DNA of 63,017 nt, counting the filler, from Reclinomonas americana ATCC 50394 (lineage: Eukaryota): the NCBI GenBank assembly GCA_048213135.1. It is 22 parts of 22 records of this genome, joined end to end, with 100 filler letters (N's around TTAATTAATTAA, not from the genome) between each part and the next. Parts side by side here need not be neighbours in the genome. Positions count along the whole stretch, not along the records: positions 55,756 to 60,245 come from AFZH01024369.1; positions 60,346 to 61,426 come from AFZH01024372.1; positions 61,527 to 63,017 come from AFZH01024373.1; 19 more parts are not named here. One strand, 5' to 3'. The notes beneath the pieces were generated by a model. That model made no database searches, was not told the DNA's origin, and worked only from the letters and a program-made list of their open reading frames with translations. Below are positions 57,489 to 63,017 of this stretch, piece after piece. Each line of letters begins with the position of its first letter. The first letter of the stretch is position 1. Made by a program: the position numbers and the translations under genes.

Positions 57489-60245
57489 CTACTGGTGGTG
57501 CGCGTGCGACTGCCGTCTCTGCTGCTGCGCCACGTGGTGCATGAGGAAGCGGTAGGCATCGCGTGGTCTCCGCGTGGCCGGTGACACGCGCAGCAGTCGC
57601 AGCACAATCAAAATCGAGAAGCCGAGATACGAGGCCAGCCCGAGGTAGGCGTACGAAAAGTTGCCGTGGAAGACCTTTTCCACCAGCAGCAGCATGGCTG
57701 TGCAGCGGAGAGATGAGCGAAGGGCGAGACAGAGGGAAGAGGCGACTCGTAACGCACCGATTTGCAAGTACGATGTGACGGCCAGCGTGCAGTTGGTAAT
57801 GCCGGTGAGTCGACCAAAGGCGGTGGTCGGGAATCTGCGCAATATCCCGTGTGAGCACACGCAGGCTATGTGGGTGTCGCGGTTATGTGACGCAACAGAT
57901 CGGCAATGTATGCCGTGAAAATGGCCGAGTACTGGCCACGCACGAGGATGAGGAAGAAAATGGCGGCGTACATCAAGTACGGCACAATGTTGGCGGCCGC
58001 CACGCAGAGGCAGTGGCAGATGCCGAGGAGGAGGATGCTGATGAGGGTGGCGCCCATGCCGAATTGTTTCAGGGTCCACTCGGCTGAAAGAGGGGGAAGG
58101 AGGGGGTGAGAGGGGGAGGGGGGAGGAAAAAGGGAAGGGGGAAGGGAAAGAGAGAGAAAGAGAGAAAGAGAGAGACAAATAGTGCCAAGGAAACGAGGTG
58201 GACAGTGAAACCAGATGACCATGAGTGTAGGACAGACTGAAGGTGAGAAGGAAACGGCGACAGACATGAGGACTAGATGACCAAGCGCGCCATGTGAAGG
58301 TGGCGACCAAATGATGGAAGTGAGAACGTGAAACTGAAGGCGAGAGTGAGAAAACGGACGAGATGACGACTTGAGACGATGATGGGAAAGAAAATGAAGG
58401 ATCGAGAGAGGAGAAACGGTGAAGGAGACAGAGAGGGAAGAGGGAGTGGGAGAGGAACGGAGAATGAGGAGAGAGGGAGAGAGAGAGAGAGAGCGAGAGG
58501 CAGAATGGGAGAGAGAGAGGCGGAATTGGAGGAAAACTGAGAGGCGACGACGAAGGATACGAGTGAACAAAGCAATCTGTTGGCGTGAGAGAACAATGCC
58601 ATAGTACAGTTACAAAGCCCTCATTTCTATGTCCTGTATCCCTTCTCTCTCTCACTCCTCCTTCGCTATCACCCGCATTCTCCATTCTGCTGTGCCGTGT
58701 TCTCTTCTCCCTGTTTCTCTGTCCCTCTCCCCCACGCAACAAATGATGACGCTGAACGCCGTGGTCGGATAAACAATCGAGAACACAAAGAGGAACACCG
58801 TGGCCTGCTCCGGCGTGCCGACCGAATTAAAGCTGCACAGAAACGTGTTAGCGTCCATCAGCACAGGATGAAGGAGAGGGAGGACAAAGGCGGAAGACAG
58901 AGAAAGGTAACAGAGCAAAGAGAGCCCCACACTGCGGTGGGGAAGGACAGCGAGGAAGAGAAGAGAAGAGGCAAACACACAATAACAGCGCCTTCACTCG
59001 CTGCGCGACTGAGAGGAGGAGAAAGAGAAAGGACGAAAGCACATTGAGAGCTCACACATCGTTCGCTTGTCACGCGAGAGAGAGGAGATGGAGGGAGTGA
59101 GAGAAACACGAGAGCCCCCCACATCCGCGTGAGTTATGAGTCGAGGGGAAGACAGAGGAGGAAGAGAAGAGAGAAGACGACAACAGACTAAGCGTATGTC
59201 ACGCGAGTTCAGAATGGCGGGGAGGACAGAGGAGGGAGAGAGGAGAGAAGACTGAGCGTGAGTAACGCGAGCTATGAATGGTGAGTGAGGACATTGAGAG
59301 AGAAAAACAAAAACGACAGCAGATTCAGAGACCTGCACATCCTGCCTGAGTTCGAGAAGGGAGGGCAGGGGACAAACATTCAGTAAAGACAAGAGCACAT
59401 GTTGAGCCCACACATCCTGCGTGAGTCAAGACGGGGGGACAAGAGAGAAAGAGGCAAACAATGACAGCAGATTAAGAGCCCCACACATCCTCACGAGTCG
59501 TGCAGGATGCGAAGAGAACGAGAGACAGTGCGAGAGCATGAATCCTTTCATCTGCGCGAGCCAAGAAGAGTGGCAGCGATGAATGAGAACTAAAGACGAG
59601 AGTTGACTGCGGGCCCCTCAGATCTGTCCGCATTGAGCAAGAGCGAAAGATCTAGATTCTCCTTCCATCCCACCCCGTCGCTTCTTCTCCCCACGCCGCC
59701 CCCTTCCCCTTCTTCTCCCCACCCCACCCCTCCCCTTCTCTTGATACCCAGGGACTCACATGAGCGTGGCATTGCCGACGAAGAAATGCGTGAGAATGGA
59801 GATGCCCATCGAGAACATGATGAGCGTGAAAAAGTCGTACGACATGAAGTTTTGGCAGAGAGTAAAGGTCTGCCCCGGCGTCTCAATCTGCGACAATAAA
59901 ATGAGCTACAACTCCACAAGAATCGCTGAGAAAGACACACTCACCACGCCAGAGTGCTTCAGGTGCCACGAGGTCAGATTGCTGAGCGCCAGCGACTTGG
60001 AGATGAGTAGCCTGCGCAGCTCCACCATGTTCTTCACGTCTTCGTTGACGGTGGCGCCTGGCAAGTTGCCCGCCTCCACATCATCATCATCGTCGTCGTC
60101 GTCGTTATCAGAGTCCGAGTCGTGCGTGGGACCCGAAATCTGCTCCAGCAAGCTCGGTCGCCGCCGGTCATCCTTGCTGATCAGTGACTCACCGTGCTGG
60201 TCGTCGCCGTCGTCCGCGTGGCCGTCGTTCTCATAGGCCGCGGCG
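57489..60245 (-). CDS. MFS transporter, SLC43/FMP42-like C-terminal half (eukaryotic, multi-exon, 5'-truncated)
   Basis: Acidic loop followed by TM exons. 'AYIADL/FPTTAFGRLTG'. Confidence 0.7.
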
Positions 60246-60345
60246 NNNNNNNNNNNNNNNNNNNNNNNNNNNNNNNNNNNNNNNNNNNNTTAATTAATTA
60301 ANNNNNNNNNNNNNNNNNNNNNNNNNNNNNNNNNNNNNNNNNNNN

Positions 60346-60401
60346 GCAGCGTGCTGCCCTCCAACGTCGAGGCCGAGATCAAGGACCACGTCACCTTCTG
60401 A
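60346..60401 (+). CDS. C-terminal fragment of an unknown bacterial protein (SVLPSNVEAEIKDHVTF*)
   Basis: Coding-like codon usage, followed by a terminator. Confidence 0.45.
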
Positions 60402-60418
60402 TCTCGATCAGAATCGAG

Positions 60419-60451
60419 GAGCCGGCCGCTTCCGCGGCCGGCTCGTCTTTT
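60419..60451 (+). terminator. Rho-independent terminator between convergent genes
   Basis: GAGCCGGCCGC-TTCC-GCGGCCGGCTC followed by GTCTTTT. Confidence 0.75.
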
Positions 60452-60459
60452 GCAGCAGG

Positions 60460-60609
60460 CTAGCTGCCGCTCTGCGCCTGCGAGGCATCCGCCTCCCGCA
60501 GCGCCTGGGCGCAATCCTCGCAGCAGACCTCGACGATGTTACCGCCGATCGTGACCTTGATCGGGCTCTCGTCGAGCTCGCAATCGCAGGCTGCGCAGGT
60601 TCCACTCAT
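60460..60609 (-). CDS. 49-aa Cys-rich TRASH/YHS-like metal-binding protein
   Basis: MSGTCAACDCELDESPIKVTIGGNIVEVCCEDCAQAL... with a strong AGGAGG RBS. Below the ORF-track cutoff. Confidence 0.75.
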   Translation of the reverse strand: MSGTCAACDCELDESPIKVTIGGNIVEVCCEDCAQALREADASQAQSGS

Positions 60610-60634
60610 GGCCTTCCTCCTTCTCGCGGGCCGC

Positions 60635-61015
60635 TCATTCGGCCGCCCTCAGAAAGACCACCCGGCCCGCCTCCGCGCTGTCGGATTCTTTAGCGATCCG
60701 CTCGGGTTGAACCGAGGCACCGGCACTCAGGCCGCGCAGCACCTCGTCGACGCTTTCGCCGCCCGCCCGGCCCCGCCGCTCCTCGGCGCGCAGCGAGATG
60801 ATTCCGGTCGGATCGCCGAAGAATGGCGCCGCCGTCGCATCGCGCAGATCGCTGTCGCGAAGTCCGAGATCGCGCAGGTCGCGTTCGCTCATGTCGCAGA
60901 GGGTGCGATAGTCGCGCCGCGACTGCAGCCAATGGTCGAACGTGCCGAGAAACCGGCCAAGCATGTCGAACATTGCGAGCACAGGCTTGGCCGATCCGAT
61001 GATGAAGCTGATCAT
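60635..61015 (-). CDS. DUF1127 (YjiS-like) domain protein
   Basis: 'WLQSRRDYRTLCDMSERDLRDLGL'. Confidence 0.85.
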   Translation of the reverse strand: MISFIIGSAKPVLAMFDMLGRFLGTFDHWLQSRRDYRTLCDMSERDLRDLGLRDSDLRDATAAPFFGDPTGIISLRAEERRGRAGGESVDEVLRGLSAGASVQPERIAKESDSAEAGRVVFLRAAE

Positions 61016-61058
61016 GACCTGTCTCCGTCGTTGTGAGACGGAACAAGACACCCGCCAG

Positions 61059-61106
61059 CTGACAGCTGCTGTCAGAATCTTTAGCGATCAGTGACAGCTT
61101 CTGTCA
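61059..61106. promoter_or_regulatory. Tandem TGAC-N7-GTCA palindromic operators
   Basis: CTGACAGCTGCTGTCAG (61059-61075) and TGACAGCTTCTGTCA (61092-61106). Confidence 0.65.
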
Positions 61107-61426
61107 GCGGAGATCGAGCGAGCGCTGGAACTCCGCTGGCGTGCGGCCATAGGCCTGCCGGAAGGCCGCGCTGAAATGGCTGTGGCTGGAGAAACCGAGC
61201 TCGAGCCCGAGCTGGGTCAGGTCGTCATAATCGCCGAGCAGGTCGAGTGCCCGCGCCAGCCGCAGGCGCAAGTGATAGCGATAGAGCGGCACGGCTTCGA
61301 CCTGAGCGAAGACCTGCGTGAGATAGACCGGCGAGACGCCGACCTCCCTCGCGATCTCGGCCAACGTCCAGCGCCGGGCAAGATCGGAGGCCATCGCCAG
61401 CTTGGCCCGGTCGACCAGCTTGCGCC
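61104..61426 (-). CDS. AraC family transcriptional regulator, C-terminal HTH (5'-truncated)
   Basis: 'TLAEIAREVGVSP.YL', 'LGFSSHSHFSAAFRQAYGRTP'. Confidence 0.92.
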
Positions 61427-61526
61427 NNNNNNNNNNNNNNNNNNNNNNNNNNNNNNNNNNNNNNNNNNNNTTAATTAATTAANNNNNNNNNNNNNNNNNN
61501 NNNNNNNNNNNNNNNNNNNNNNNNNN

Positions 61527-62945
61527 CCGCGTCCCTGCCCGAGCGCATGCTCGCCCTCAACCCTGACCAGACAGCATTGTGCCCCATCGCTCAGCGGCAG
61601 ATCGCCCTGGCCCATGAGGGCGCCGAGCCACAATTTCCCGTCCTTACGCCCCGCCGCCAGCTCCGCTGCTGGAATATTGCCGCACAGAACGACGATCTCT
61701 CCCTCTCGTATCGGCTCTTGCAGGATTTCGGCCTCCGGATCGTGGTTCCGGGCGGCGACCCACCACGGCAAGCCCGAGGGAAAAGCCGGGGCGGGAGACT
61801 TGGAAAGAGACACCGCGTCGTCTTTCTCAGACTCCCACGGCTCGATATCGACGGAACCGAGTCGGTCGGTGGACTCCTCGTGGAGCTCGTCGTCCCAATA
61901 GCTATAGACCTTGGGCTCAAGGTTTCCGCCGCAGGTCGTGAACACTCTGACAACGCCCTCTGTCCGCCGGTGACGCATGATCAGCGTCGCTCGACGGCCC
62001 AGACGGAAACGGATCGCGCTTTCCAATCCCGCCGCGACGACGAGCGCATCGTCGGCGATGTCCAGCTGCTCCACATCCCCCTGCGCCACGCCGATCCCGC
62101 CACGGCCGACCGCCAGCCAGCGCGTGCTCTCGGTCGCCACGGCGACGCCTTGGGCCTCAACGGTCACGGACCCTTCACTCGCCTGCGAGATGGCGATGCC
62201 GCTGCCGCCGGCCTCGACGACGCTGAATTTGCCGAAGTGGCCACGAGCGATGCCGATTTTGCGGGGATGTCGGCGGGCGATCGCCACACCGCTATGTGCC
62301 GCCCGCGCATGGCCGCCACTCTCAACCACGGCAATCCCTTCCCTGCCGGCGGACGCATTACCACGCACGCCGGCCAGAGCCACGCCAAAGGCCCAGTATC
62401 CGGACCAGTCGACCTCTGCGAAAAATATCAGAACTCCCGCGCCGCTCCGCCATTCCTGCCTGGGCGACGCCGCAGAAGCCAGCGCGCGCGAAGCCTTCAT
62501 CGCCCGCGATCGCCACGCCGAAATCGCCGGCGGAGGCGACGCCGGTGCGATCCTGGAACGCCGACAGGGGCGTCTTCAAGGGCATGCCGCTCTTGTAAGC
62601 GGTGAATATGTTGAGCGCGGTCCGGCGCGGACCGCGGAACAGCACGAAACCGGAGGCAAAACAGACCAGACCGGGCTCGACCGTCCCGTCCTCGCGCTTA
62701 ACCCAGTCGCAAGGATCGTCCCGATCGATCTGGACCACGGCCCATTCGGAATCGTGGAGATATGCCAGCGCGTGTGGTCCATCGAGGTCCAGCATTCCGG
62801 TGAAGCGGAGCGGCCGCGTGAAATCTCCCCGGGAATACATCGGCCACTCGATCCGCTCGAAGCGACCGAAGGCAGGCAGTGCCGGGCCGTAACCTTGGAA
62901 GGGGCCGCACAGCACGAAACAGGGAAAGGCATTCAACTTCCGCAT
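61527..62945 (-). CDS. Hypothetical protein with Gly/Ala 'A.AG..G.A' repeats, probably one gene frameshifted near 62445 (3'-truncated)
   Basis: GGAGGG RBS before 62945. The repeat pattern continues from ORF 62358-62945 into the frame of ORF 61475-62500. Confidence 0.55.
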
Positions 62946-63017
62946 CGGTCCCCTCCTTCTCTTCAGCCGGCGGCGGCTTGCGCGGCGCGGTACGTCGCCA
63001 GGCGTTCGCGGAGACGA

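Noticed and set aside
1..63017. rRNA, tRNA, CRISPR-cas or known structured ncRNA
   Set aside because: None recognised by eye. A covariance-model search would be needed to exclude small RNAs.

Overview
This window is not one locus. It is a concatenation of about 20 short contigs joined by N-run/TTAATTAATTAA linkers, and it holds at least two organisms. (A) A GC-rich alphaproteobacterium (Hyphomicrobiales, Bosea/Methylobacterium-like by inference) contributes a sugar ABC/SDR/kinase operon, an HNH + serine-recombinase islet, NUDIX-dcp, an RpiR/HexR regulator, bamA-lpxD-fabZ-lpxA-lpxI, a czcBA/P1B-ATPase metal cluster, virB10-virB11-virD4 with two SNase-like genes, and an AraC/DUF1127 locus. (B) An unidentified intron-rich protist contributes Rictor, a HARE-HTH protein, a Cys-rich multipass protein, an FN3/GPI surface protein, POLR3E/RPC5, a mitochondrial-type HslU, a CYTH-like gene, VMP1, an SLC43-like MFS transporter and R2-like retrotransposon remnants. 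The most notable observations are: (1) an operon-like run of three spliced eukaryotic genes (CYTH-like -> hslU -> RPC5) with an ATGA stop/start overlap; (2) long introns with purine-rich 5' arms and pyrimidine-rich 3' arms plus GTTGCG donors; (3) the HNH-recombinase islet next to a 23-bp-period repeat; and (4) unannotated operators and a small ORF. All family assignments come from motif recognition, not database searches.
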